Source: an uncultured Methanosarcinaceae archaeon (GTDB taxonomy: Archaea; Halobacteriota; Methanosarcinia; Methanosarcinales; Methanosarcinaceae). Taken from it: a stretch of DNA of 64,000 bases. The notes under the pieces were generated by a model. The model made no database searches, was not told the origin of the DNA, and was given only the letters and a program-made list of their open reading frames with translations. The stretch spans positions 704,001-768,000 of the forward strand of contig CAVTET010000004.1 in the NCBI GenBank assembly GCA_963733675.1, given 5' to 3'. Shown piece by piece: positions 34,240 to 45,290 of the stretch. The position numbers and the translations under genes are program-made. Position 1 is the first letter of the stretch. Each line of letters opens with the position of its first letter.

Positions 34240-36333
34240 ATGAAAATGAATGACTTGGATAAACGTAAAAACAAACCGTTTGTATTGCATTTACTCAGTC
34301 TACTTAGTTTTTTGCTACTGATACATTTAGGATATGAATACAAAAGTAGCAAGACAAATTAAATAATTCAGGAAGATACAAAGAAAGATGTACTCCAAAA
34401 AGCCGAGTCTGTCATAAAAAATATCAATGTTGGACTTAATTTTACTAGCACCCTTGCTGATGGAGTTGCAAAGGATCTGAGTTCCAGAAAACTGAAAAAC
34501 GATTCAATGCTCAAGGAACGTCTTCTGGTTGAAATTAAAAACAATCCTAACATTTTTAGCATTGTCGTTGCATATTTCCCGGCTGCAAATGCCGGGGAGC
34601 TTTATGCACCTCATTTCAAGAGAAACGGTTCAGAAGTCGTATATGCTCAGCTCACGTATAATTATACGAAGGATAGGGAACAAACCGAATGGTACAATGC
34701 TGTCCTGAAAAAAGGATCCAAAGCATGGATTTCGCCTTATTTTGGTATTGCAGACCGCAATTATCAGATAGATTGTTCGGCTCCTTTTTATCTTACAGAA
34801 TTTGGGAACTGGGATAAAGCTGCAGGAGTGATAAGTGTAAGTCACTCTCTTGGAGGAATAAGAGCATATCTAAATAGCCTCAGCATAGGAAATACTGGTT
34901 ATGGTTTCATGATCTTTGGGAAAGGGAAAATTATTTCTTATCCCGTCAAAGAGTATCTTAATGGAAATATTCACGAGCTTGCAAAAAAAGATCCCAATCT
35001 TTACTTCATAAATGAGAACATAACAAAACAAGACTACTTGGCAACAAATTCCTTTACAGGGAAATCCTACTGGGTATTTCAAAAAAATATTCCTTCTACA
35101 TACTGGACTCTAGGATTTGTCCTTCCTCAGGAAGAAACTCTGCTGAACAAAAAAATAGAGCAAATACACTCAATTATTTTTATAGTGTTCGCAACGTTTT
35201 CTTTTTTATGTTCTCTGTGCCTGCTTTTTGCATCCATTTACAGATATGACCATAAAGGCTCTGGATGCTCGCGGTTATTTTTTCATTACTTTGTGTCCTG
35301 GAAATGGGCTTCATGTGGTACCTTACTATGAATAATTCCGCTCTTGATAGAAGGAATGTAGACCTTGTTGTTTTCGACAGGGAAGATGTTGAAACGGTAT
35401 TGCAACATGTCAATACGAGCCCAACAACTCCCAGAATTCCTACATGATTTTTTTCTCCAGTCTATGGAGTTCTTGAATGCCAATGATGTCTTATAACCGG
35501 ATATATTTGACAAAATATTTCAGGCCTAGAGAGTTGGAAGGAGCTCCCTGACTTTAGTTTTCCGGATTCAAAAGAAACTACAATTGAAAAGGTCTATGTG
35601 AATAAGAACACAGGTTTGAATAGGCTGGCGTTTTAAGACTACTCTGCACCAGCAGTTTGATTATTCAAAATACCCACTTGACAGAGAAGATGTATGGATA
35701 AGGGTATTGAGCAACAACTCTGCAGAAAACATCTTAGTTCCGGACTTTAATTCTTATAGTAGCTTGATTCCAGAAAGCCTTCCAGGTTTACGAAGCCCTT
35801 TCGTGTTTGGTGGCTGGAGTCCACAAAAAACATTTTTCAGTTACAGGGTTAATTCTAATAATACCAACATTGGATTAGGGAAATTTGCAAATTCCATTGC
35901 ACACGAATTTCACTTCAACATCGATATCAAAAGAAGTAGTAAATTCCCCTTTAACCCCGATCTTCTACCCGTAACAGTAGTAATCATTCTTCTGTTTGCA
36001 ATCCTTACAATAATTACCAAGGGGGAAAATAAAACTCATTTCGGATTCAGTTCTCATGGAGCCCTGGGCTACTGTACCTCAATTCTTTTTACTCTTATCC
36101 TTGCCCACTCTTCTCTCAGAGCTAGAATTTCCATAAGTGAGATTATTTACCTTGAGTATTTCTACTTTGTAATGTACCTAGCAATTTTGGTTGTTGCCTT
36201 GAATTCAATATTTTTTGCGTCAGATTGGCGTATCCCCTTTATTGAGACAAAAGACAACATATACATGAAGGTACTTTACTGGCCTGTTATTACTGGAAGT
36301 CTGTTGTTAATTACATCCTTGAATTTTTATTGA
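34240..36333 (+). pseudogene. Cache-domain / pentameric ligand-gated ion channel (Pro-loop) fusion, multiple stops and frameshifts
   Basis: TM, then Cache (EWY..WISPYF..SAPFY..GYGFMI..IISYP..WTLG), then QFDYSKYPLDREDVWI Pro-loop, KR..LLP pre-M1/M1 and four TM helices. TAA ~34360, TGA ~35445, several shifts. Confidence 0.75.
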
Positions 36334-36519
36334 TGGGTATTTGACATCTTAACTTTCTTCATTTAATACAGAAATACACTTTAAACTAGCGTATTCAATA
36401 GTTAACTTTCCTGCATATATTCTTTAATTAATCTAATAATCCTATGCACAGCTTTTTTGTATCAAAATCTCTTAATTTCCTAAGTTACACATGAAATAAG
36501 AAAAAATTAAAGATACGTT

Positions 36520-36605
36520 ACTTATGGAGCTTATGGGACTTATAGAGCATCTGGAGCTCATGAAAAATTTGAAACTAACTAAAATGAAGTACAATAATAA
36601 ATAAT
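36520..36605. repeat. Direct repeat with 9-bp sub-repeats; second copy 37332-37417
   Basis: Shared core atagagcatctggagctcatg and tail aactaa..aaa...aag.acaat.ataaataa. Confidence 0.75.
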
Positions 36606-36694
36606 AACCAAGATAAATTTTATTTTTATTTATTGAAGGAAATAATTATGTACCCATGTGAAAAAACAACTATGGAATATGGAGAAACAAGTTA

Positions 36695-37246
36695 ATGTCT
36701 TCGATACTTAATGTCCTCTTAGCGCTTGGAATTGCGATGGATGCATTTGCAGTTTCTATATCATGTGGTAATAAAATGCATCCCATTCGACGAAAAGGTG
36801 CTCTAAAGCTTGCTTACTTTTTTGGGGGATGTGAAGCTATTATGCTAATAATCGGATGGTTGGGCGGAAACACAATAAGCGAGTTTGTTTCAGGATATGC
36901 CACTTGGTTTGCCTTTTTTATTTTGTGTTTTATCGGCGGCAAAATGATTTATGAAACTTTTTATGGAGACGGGGACAGAAAAATAGATCCTTTTAGTTAT
37001 CCGGTGCTTCTTGCACTTGCAGTTGCAATAAGTATAGATTCCCTTTTTGTGGGAATGAGCTTTGCATTTCTCAAGATACCTATTCTTGAGCCTGCGATTA
37101 TTATAGGCTGCACAACCTTTTTTATGTCTTTTTGCGGTGTAATATTAGGGTCTAAAGTCGGTCATTTATTCAAGCAAGAAGTCGACTTTATTGGTGGTTT
37201 GATCATGATTTGTATTGGAATTAGCTTGTTGATATTTAAAAATTGA
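36695..37246 (+). CDS. mntP: Manganese efflux pump MntP family
   Basis: ALGIAMDAFAVS, IGGKMIYE, LAVAISIDSL..G. Confidence 0.9.
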   Translation: MSSILNVLLALGIAMDAFAVSISCGNKMHPIRRKGALKLAYFFGGCEAIMLIIGWLGGNTISEFVSGYATWFAFFILCFIGGKMIYETFYGDGDRKIDPFSYPVLLALAVAISIDSLFVGMSFAFLKIPILEPAIIIGCTTFFMSFCGVILGSKVGHLFKQEVDFIGGLIMICIGISLLIFKN

Positions 37247-38038
37247 TTCAAATATCTCATGCACAGTTTTTGTAATAAAATCTATGAATTTCCTAAATGC
37301 CATCAGTAATAAGAAAACATTATTGATCTCCGACTCATGGAACTTCTGGAACTCATAGAGCATCTGGAGCTCATGGAACATCTGGAACTAATTAAACTAA
37401 AGCACAATCATAAATAAAAAAAATCAGAAAATGAAATAATGATATAGTACTCTAAACAAAACTAAAAACATGAATAAACAGAATCAAAACTCAATTTTTC
37501 GATACCAGAGTCTTACTTAACAAATTTCTAATAAATTTCCTCACCTTTTCTTACTTTCAGTAGAAAAGAACTTCTTAATCTATTTCCTCACACTGTTTAC
37601 GTTTTTAGATATGGATATCAGTGGAACAGCAATCTTTCATCGGCAGGCAGCTGTCATACTCCGTGGAATATAACATTTTATTGTATTTACTGGCCATGTA
37701 ATCGATAGAAACTTGTATATTCCTATAAAATTTGAGATAAACTGGTAACGTAAACGATGCAAACGTTATATAATATACACAACTTAAGACTTTTTTAAAC
37801 TTGCATGTTTTATTAAGCTTATTGAATACTTATTTATAATCAAAATAATTAACGCAAATAGGGAATATAAAGGCAATATCATTTAGTCATCAAGATGCAC
37901 ACTTAAAATAGTGATCAATAATACTAAAGTTGATTTGCTAATAAAATAAAACCCTGCCAAAAGTGACATTATTCATTTTATGTAACCACAAACAATTCAC
38001 ATTCATAACCATACTTTAAAAAGTGGAGTATTTAATCA

Positions 38039-38587
38039 ATGTCTTTTCTATCCAATTTCCTTTTAGCGTTAGGAGTTTCAATGGATTCTTTTGCAGTATC
38101 CATGTCTAGAAGTACCATAATAAGATCTTTTAGGGTTAATGTTGCTCTCAAATTTGCTGTTTTTTTCGGGGTATTTCAGACTTTAATGCTGGTATTAGGC
38201 TGGCTTGGTGGATACACAATAAAAAACTATGTTTCTGCTTATGGTCAATGGATTGCTTGTGGTCTTCTGGTTTTTATTGAAATTAAGATGATATATGAAG
38301 CTTTTTATAGAAAACCGGAAGGAAAAATAGGTTCTCTTAATTATTCGGTACTTCTTATGCTGGCATTTGCAACAAGTATAGATGCCTTTTTTGTAGGAAT
38401 AAGTTTTACATTTCTCAAAATACCTATTCTTGAACCTGCGCTCATTGTAAGTTGTGTGACGTTTATTATGGTTTTTTGTGGAGCGATTATAGGATATAGG
38501 CTAGGTCACTTCTTTGGAAATGAAGCAAAAATTCTGGGCGGCCCCTTATAGGACTTGGAATCGATTCACTGATATTGAGTAATTGAT
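38039..38587 (+). CDS. mntP: Second MntP paralog, C-terminus damaged (frame ends at 38551)
   Basis: ALGVSMDSFAVS, LAFATSIDAF; last TM disrupted after ILGG. Confidence 0.8.
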
Positions 38588-39514
38588 TAAAACAATAATC
38601 AATCAGAAGATAATGAGTGTTTGAACTTTAATGAACCCCATAAGCCAGTGGCTATGCTGACAAAGTTATGTTTCTATCGTTTCATTGATGCATATTTTTT
38701 AAAGTAAAAACTAAATCAGGAAACGTGAAAAAGGAGTATAAAAAGAAAAAAGTAATGAATGTTGTATTTAAACAACCTTAGCAGAAAAGTCTGCTTTTAC
38801 GATCGGTTCAGCTGTCTTTTCTTCGTTAACGTTATCCACTTTAGGTAATACTTTCGATATAGATTGATTGTAACCAATAAGTATTAATTTATTTTTTAAT
38901 TTAGTTATAGAGTATAACTACTAGATTTAAAAATAAGGTCACAAATATTTGGAAGTTTTAATTGTGCCTATGCGTCTGTATAACTTCTACAGACTGAAGT
39001 AAAATCCCGAAATAATGATGAGATATTTCTGACTCCTAGAGAAATAATGGTTTTCTGCCTAAATAAGTAAAATATGGAGAATCAAATCGTAAATACACTT
39101 CGTTGTTTTAAAATTTGTGGTGAGTTGGCTATATATACCAACAATATTCTATCAAATATATAAAAAGATATTTTCCAACGTATTGGTATTTAGCCAACTT
39201 ATGCTGTGCTTTAGCTAAATTTTGATATTTTTGATCAGAAATGAATCGATAAGATTTTAAAAACTAAATCCTGAAGAGCAGGAGATATCTTCCTAGTATA
39301 TTAATGCCTATTTTAGTTTAACACCAATAATTGTACATGGAGATTTCATATACATAAATGGGGTAATAATATAATCTAAAAGGATATAATAACCATAATA
39401 AATCCAAGAGAATAAACTCAAAATTAAAAAACCAAAAATAAAAATATAAACGGCAGCCGATTCAAAAATACTACAATATTTCAGTTTTTTCGGTTTCCCC
39501 ATTAAGGTGATATT

Positions 39515-40795
39515 ATCGTTCCCATAATTCAGGTCGCACTTGATCTCCTGGAATTGGACCGCGCGATAGAGATTGCAAGAGATGCTGTCGTAGGTGGTGT
39601 GGATTGGATCGAAATAGGAACTCCCCTAATAAAAAGCGAGGGCATGGATGCAATCCGCAAAATGAGAAAAGCTTTTCCTGAACGGACGATCCTGGCTGAT
39701 ATGAAAACCATAGATGCAGGAGCCATTGAAGTCGAGATGGCAGCAAAAGCAGGGGCAGATGTAGTTATTGTACTAGGAAGTGCAGATGACTCTACAGTAC
39801 TCGATGCACTACGTTCAGCCCACAAATACGGGGTCAAATTGATGGCAGACCTTATTTCGACCCTTGACCCTGTGAAAAGGGCATTGGAACTTGAAGCTAT
39901 GGGAATAGACTATGTGAACGTGCACATAGGTATAGACCAACAGATGATAGGAAAAAATCCTGTGTCGATCCTCAAGAAAATTTCAGAAAAAATTAACGTA
40001 CCGCTTGCAGTTGCTGGAGGGCTCGATGCAGAAAGTGCTGCTCAGGCAGTCAAGACAGGGGCCAGCATTGTAATTGTCGGAGGAAATATCACTCATTCTG
40101 AAAACGTGACAGAAGCTGCCAGAAAAATTCGGCAGACAGTGAACTCGCCTGAAGCTGTGGATATTCGGGGTACAAGAACAGTAGATCAGGAAATCAGGAA
40201 AATCCTTCGAGAAGTATCAACCTCAAATATTTCAGATGCTATGCATAGAAAAGGGGCAATGAAAAACATTCATCCCGTGGTGAGAGGGAAGATGGTAGGA
40301 ACTGCAGTTACTGTTCAGGTTTTTTCTGGAGACTGGGCAAAAACTGTAGAAGCAATTGATATTGCCAAAGAAGGGGACGTAATCGTCATCTACAACGAGA
40401 GTAAAGACATCGCCTGCTGGGGAGGACTCGCAACCCTGAGCAGCCTGAATAAAGGGATCTCAGGCGTGGTAATAGAGGGTGCTGTGAGAGATATTGATGA
40501 AATAGAGGATATGAAGCTCCCGATTTACACAAGCAATACAGTACCTAATGCTGGAGATCCAAAAGGCTTTGGAGAAATCAACGCCGAAATTACCTGCGGT
40601 GGTCAGACCGTAAAACCAGGAGACTTCATAGTTGGCGATGAGAGTGGAGTTGTAGTGATCCCCAAGGAGAGAGCTTACGAACTGGCAAGAAGAGCAAAAG
40701 AAGTCAACAAAATTGAAAAGAGACTTTTTGATGAGATTCGGAGAGGAAACACTCTGTCGGTAATTCTGGAAATCAAAAAATGGGAAAAACTTTGA
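39515..40795 (+). CDS. hxlA: 3-hexulose-6-phosphate synthase fused to RraA/MenG (HMG aldolase-like) domain
   Basis: [30 protein letters not shown], then [29 protein letters not shown]. Start inferred upstream of the first TTG (39554). Confidence 0.88.
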   Translation: MVPIIQVALDLLELDRAIEIARDAVVGGVDWIEIGTPLIKSEGMDAIRKMRKAFPERTILADMKTIDAGAIEVEMAAKAGADVVIVLGSADDSTVLDALRSAHKYGVKLMADLISTLDPVKRALELEAMGIDYVNVHIGIDQQMIGKNPVSILKKISEKINVPLAVAGGLDAESAAQAVKTGASIVIVGGNITHSENVTEAARKIRQTVNSPEAVDIRGTRTVDQEIRKILREVSTSNISDAMHRKGAMKNIHPVVRGKMVGTAVTVQVFSGDWAKTVEAIDIAKEGDVIVIYNESKDIACWGGLATLSSLNKGISGVVIEGAVRDIDEIEDMKLPIYTSNTVPNAGDPKGFGEINAEITCGGQTVKPGDFIVGDESGVVVIPKERAYELARRAKEVNKIEKRLFDEIRRGNTLSVILEIKKWEKL

Positions 40796-41007
40796 ATCAA
40801 TATTTTCAGAAATTTAAATCAAAATTAAACAGACATTCCACAAATACAAAATTTATTTGCTTAGTTACTCAAGTAATATTCATTGAGAGTTAGATTACTT
40901 TTTAAGCTACTGTCTGAGAAAATGGATGTCATTATTGTGTACATCTGCGAAAAGTGAGTATAAAAGAAATTTAGAATAATTTTGATAAAAGGACTCTATT
41001 CACGGTC

Positions 41008-43638
41008 TTAAGATTGAGAAAAGCAGATTTTGGACAGAAGAAGAGCTCTGACAAATTTAAAATCTTCTTCCTGACATTTTTCACCTATCCTAGCTCGAAT
41101 CAGCGAATCCAATTCAGTTTCTAAAATTTCGAGTACAGCTTTAATCTGCCTTTGCCTTTCGGGAGGCAAAAGTCCTCCCATGTACCTGACCTTTCCTATA
41201 AGGATAAGCTGTTCAAATTGCCTGAAAACAGCTTCAATACTCATGCCCTGAACTTCAGCAATTCGATCGATATCAAACCCATGAGTAAAAAGAGAATAAG
41301 TCCTTTGCAAAGAGTATGTTTCAAGAATATTTGTTTCAAAATGTTCCGTCTTATAAGATTTCTCCCCAATAAGGCTCATATCTAAATATTTTGCTTTTTT
41401 TGCTGGTAATCTGCAAACATCTGAGTTTTTCATTTTATCATATTCAGGAATAGGTACTTTAATTCCAAATACCTCTATTTCATTCCCCAGTTCCGGGTTT
41501 TCATCCTTTTGAACTAAGCTTTTTGCGATTACTCCCCTATTTTCAGACTTTATACCTACAACTTCTGAATTTTCTGCCTTTTCTGGAGATACTAAACTAT
41601 AGTCCCTACAGTAGTGCTCAATTTCTGTGAGAAAAATATCCCCATATTTCCGCAGTTTATGGTCTCCAACTCCTGTAATGGAATGAAATTCTTCAGAGCT
41701 ATGCGGAAATCTTGTAGCCATTTCCTTAAGGGTTGTATCAGAGAAAATTATATAAGGTGGAAGATTTTTCTTTAAAGCTATTTTTTTTCTAAGGGCTTTT
41801 AACCGCTCAAAAAGGATCGCATCATGTCCTTTTCCGGATTTTATGACTGTCTTAACTTTTGATGCATTAAGGACGTCAGCTGCTACTGAAATTCCTTCTG
41901 CCAAACATTCTTCTGTTGAGAACTCTTGTTTCGAATACTTTTCTGCTGAAACCTCTCCTGTTGGAAGTCCTTCTGTTGAGAATTGGATACCATTTCTGGC
42001 TTTATCACTCTTTGTGTCAACTATTGAAAACACTAGGCTTCCTTCAGTATTTGATGCAAAACCTTCAGGACAAGTAAGTTCTATTCGCTCCAAGCCTGTC
42101 ATAATTTTTCTGCTCATAGCATTCAGTTTCAAAACAGGATATTGTACCCCACTCACTTCAAGAAGACCTGTATCTGTCATTTCGGAAACTAATGATCTCC
42201 ATTGTTCTTTTGTGAATTCCCGGCCACTACCATGACTTTTCAACTTCTCATGATAATTTTGTCTGATTTTTTTATTTTTTGAACCTATAAGCACGTCAAT
42301 AACATAATTAGTGCCAAAGCGCTGATTTAGTTCCTGAACACAGGTAATTATTTTCATGGCAGTTTCAGTTCCTTCAAAGGTACCTTTTGGCCTGAGACAG
42401 GAATCACAATTTCCGCAGAATTTAGGGAGTTGCTCACCAAAGTATTTCATTAGTTTCTGACGCCTACATTTATTCCCCTGGCAATAAGCTACCATCTCCC
42501 TTAATTGCACAAGAGATAGATCCTTTTCATGTTCATTTGTCTTCTGAGAAATAAAGTAATCAAACTTGAAGCGGTCCCCCCTACTGAAAAAGAGGAGACA
42601 CTCACAAAGTTCCCCATCCCTTCCACCTCTTCCGGTTTCCTGGTAGTAACTTTCCAGATTTCTTGGGAGATCATAATGTATTACGAAACGCACGTTGGAC
42701 TTATCTATTCCCATCCCAAAAGCAATTGTTGCAACTATTATCGCCACATCGTCCTTTATGAACAACTCCTGGTTTTCGGTCCGTTCGGTATCCGAAAGGC
42801 CTGCATGGTAGGGAAGAGCTCTAAAACCTGCAAGATTCAACTTTTTTGTAAGGGCTTCGACACTGTTTCTGCTTTGGCAATAGATGATACCAGCTTCATT
42901 GCGATGCCTATGCAGGTAATCAATAATCTCGGAAAATGTCTCTTTCTTTGGCCTGACCTCGTAGTAGAGGTTTTTCCGATTAAAGCTAGCCAAATATGGA
43001 CCTTTTTCAGGGGATATCGACAGGGTTAGCTGAGATACGATATCCTTTCGAACCCTTTCAGTTGCTGTAGCCGTAAGTGCGATAATTGGTATATCAGGAA
43101 AACCTGTCTCTGGATCTCTTAAAAGTTTAAGGTTCCTGTACTCAGGCCGAAAATCATGTCCCCACTCAGAAATACAATGTGCCTCATCAATTGCAAAAAG
43201 GCTTACTTTTCCTTTTTTTAGAAAAGCAAAAGTTCTGGGCATCATGAGCCTTTCGGGCGCGATATAAAGTATTTTCAACCTATTTTCAAGAAAAGCTTCT
43301 TTTACATCCCTGGATTCTCTAGCACTCTGAGTGCTGTTCAACAGAGCTGCATTAATTCCATTTGTTTCAAGTCCATCCACCTGGTCTTTCATTAAGGAAA
43401 TCAGGGGAGAGACAACGACTGCAACTCCTTCCATCAGAAGGGCAGGCAGCTGATAGCAGATAGATTTGCCTCCTCCTGTAGGCATTATCACAAAAACATC
43501 TTTCTTTTCCAGAACATCTCTTATAATTTCCTCCTGCAAAGGGCGAAAAGAAGTGTAGCCAAAATACTTGTGTAGAGCAGAATGCATTATGTCTGACATA
43601 GAAGTCTTTGACTTAAGCTCGTCTTTACTTGTCCCCAA
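41008..43638 (-). CDS. recQ: ATP-dependent DNA helicase RecQ (start possibly 43601)
   Basis: PTGGGKS, DEAHCISEWGHDFRPEY, QETGRGGRDG, Zn/RQC and HRDC domains. Confidence 0.95.
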   Translation of the reverse strand: MGTSKDELKSKTSMSDIMHSALHKYFGYTSFRPLQEEIIRDVLEKKDVFVIMPTGGGKSICYQLPALLMEGVAVVVSPLISLMKDQVDGLETNGINAALLNSTQSARESRDVKEAFLENRLKILYIAPERLMMPRTFAFLKKGKVSLFAIDEAHCISEWGHDFRPEYRNLKLLRDPETGFPDIPIIALTATATERVRKDIVSQLTLSISPEKGPYLASFNRKNLYYEVRPKKETFSEIIDYLHRHRNEAGIIYCQSRNSVEALTKKLNLAGFRALPYHAGLSDTERTENQELFIKDDVAIIVATIAFGMGIDKSNVRFVIHYDLPRNLESYYQETGRGGRDGELCECLLFFSRGDRFKFDYFISQKTNEHEKDLSLVQLREMVAYCQGNKCRRQKLMKYFGEQLPKFCGNCDSCLRPKGTFEGTETAMKIITCVQELNQRFGTNYVIDVLIGSKNKKIRQNYHEKLKSHGSGREFTKEQWRSLVSEMTDTGLLEVSGVQYPVLKLNAMSRKIMTGLERIELTCPEGFASNTEGSLVFSIVDTKSDKARNGIQFSTEGLPTGEVSAEKYSKQEFSTEECLAEGISVAADVLNASKVKTVIKSGKGHDAILFERLKALRKKIALKKNLPPYIIFSDTTLKEMATRFPHSSEEFHSITGVGDHKLRKYGDIFLTEIEHYCRDYSLVSPEKAENSEVVGIKSENRGVIAKSLVQKDENPELGNEIEVFGIKVPIPEYDKMKNSDVCRLPAKKAKYLDMSLIGEKSYKTEHFETNILETYSLQRTYSLFTHGFDIDRIAEVQGMSIEAVFRQFEQLILIGKVRYMGGLLPPERQRQIKAVLEILETELDSLIRARIGEKCQEEDFKFVRALLLSKICFSQS

Positions 43639-44598
43639 GAGATCACAATCAGTGCCCGTTTTCGAATCCTCCTGATCTGCAGAGCATTGTTATCACGCTC
43701 GAATATAACATCTTGGAAAAAATACATGGAAGTTGAATACGCGTATATGCTTTCATGGAAAATATTGTCCAAAATTCTGTGTTTTATAATGACTACAACA
43801 CTTACACAATATATACTTGGGTTAGAAATCCATAACTTGATGGTGTTTCAAGCTGATCATATTTAAGTTACGTAGATAAGGAATGAAAATATTTAGTTAT
43901 AAGCTCTCGATACATTATTCTTAATACTTCTCGGTATATTAAGACTTAGAAAAAAACAGAATTTTTGAAGACAACTTTTGTAATCTATTCTTGTTCCTAC
44001 TTGAATATCCTTGAAGTAGTTATGTTCTCGATTTATGATTCTTTAGGCCATGTTTTTCATTCATTAATGCAGTTTGAGAGTTCAAATTATGAATTTATAA
44101 AAATTAAGAATTTTTGTTATTTTCGGTGTTTTAAATTTATTAAAATCGCAGAATGTGGGAATAAGTGACGATTTTTTCACAATAATAGAGGATATTAAGA
44201 CCTATACTATATATTTGTTATATTATAGGACTGCAGATATAAAAGTCTAAAATTATAGTTATACTATAGCAAAAGAAATAAAAATAATTTAGATATAAAA
44301 AGTTTAGTAGCTAAAATATAAATACGACAGAAAGCAAGAGGTTCACAGTATCCATTGAAATGCATCAAGGAGAATTTACTTGAAGATTTAATAGATTTCA
44401 GGCTTTGCCAGCTCTCCTAAAATCATGAAAAAAAAGGTATTTGACATACGAAATCACAAAAGTTCCTGAGATCATTATGAAGATCAGGAATTCCAACAGA
44501 AGTCTGAAGAAACGAGAGGTTTAGAATCTGAACTGCAAAAATAGGAAATGCTGCTGAGTCCAAAAAGTTAATTTGGTTTGAAGCTTATTCTAAAAAAT

Positions 44599-44886
44599 AT
44601 GCTCATCGAACAAATTCAGCTTGAAAAGGGTTGCGCTCTTGGTCTCAACTTTGAGATGCAAAAATATACTCTACTGGTTATAAGGACTAATAAAGGGTTT
44701 CTAATGTGCGGATACCTGAATATAAATGCTGCTGAAGAGTTGGGGGATACAGCAGCGAAGGTAAAAGGCGTGAAGAGCTTTGAAGATATGCTCAAAGCTC
44801 AGGTTGTAGAAGTAACTGAAATGGCCAGAGAACTTGGAGTCGAGCCAGGGATGACTGGCAGAGAAGCTCTGGATAAAATGTTTTGA
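44599..44886 (+). CDS. YunC (DUF1805) family protein
   Basis: KGFLMCGYLN..AAKVKGV..GMTGREAL. Confidence 0.85.
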   Translation: MLIEQIQLEKGCALGLNFEMQKYTLLVIRTNKGFLMCGYLNINAAEELGDTAAKVKGVKSFEDMLKAQVVEVTEMARELGVEPGMTGREALDKMF

Positions 44887-45290
44887 GGAAAAAATACTTG
44901 AAAAATTGCTTTTAAGTATAACTTATTCATACAATTTTTTTCAAATATAATGATTTTGATCATCCTTCGCTGAATGATTAAGCTTTCATGATTAAGCTTC
45001 CAATGTAACGAATATTTGCGTTGTTCATTCACTGAAGCAAATTCTCTCTAACTAATCTCACTAAGGTGCGAACAAAAATTCATGAAAAACTGAATTAAGT
45101 GCACTTTCAAAATAAATCATCCAAATAATTGAGGAAAGTACTGATTTTACTTATTAAATAATTTTTTAGTAATTTCTTTCAAGTTTGGCAATTGCATTAA
45201 ATTTTATGTATATTTCATTATATCTATCAAAGAATTATATAATTTGAATATCATTCCAAGCTATATAAATCAGTATATTCCGGATGACAG

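Noticed and set aside
36340-38038. yybP-ykoY manganese riboswitch upstream of mntP genes
   Set aside because: I could not find the conserved riboswitch motifs in either leader
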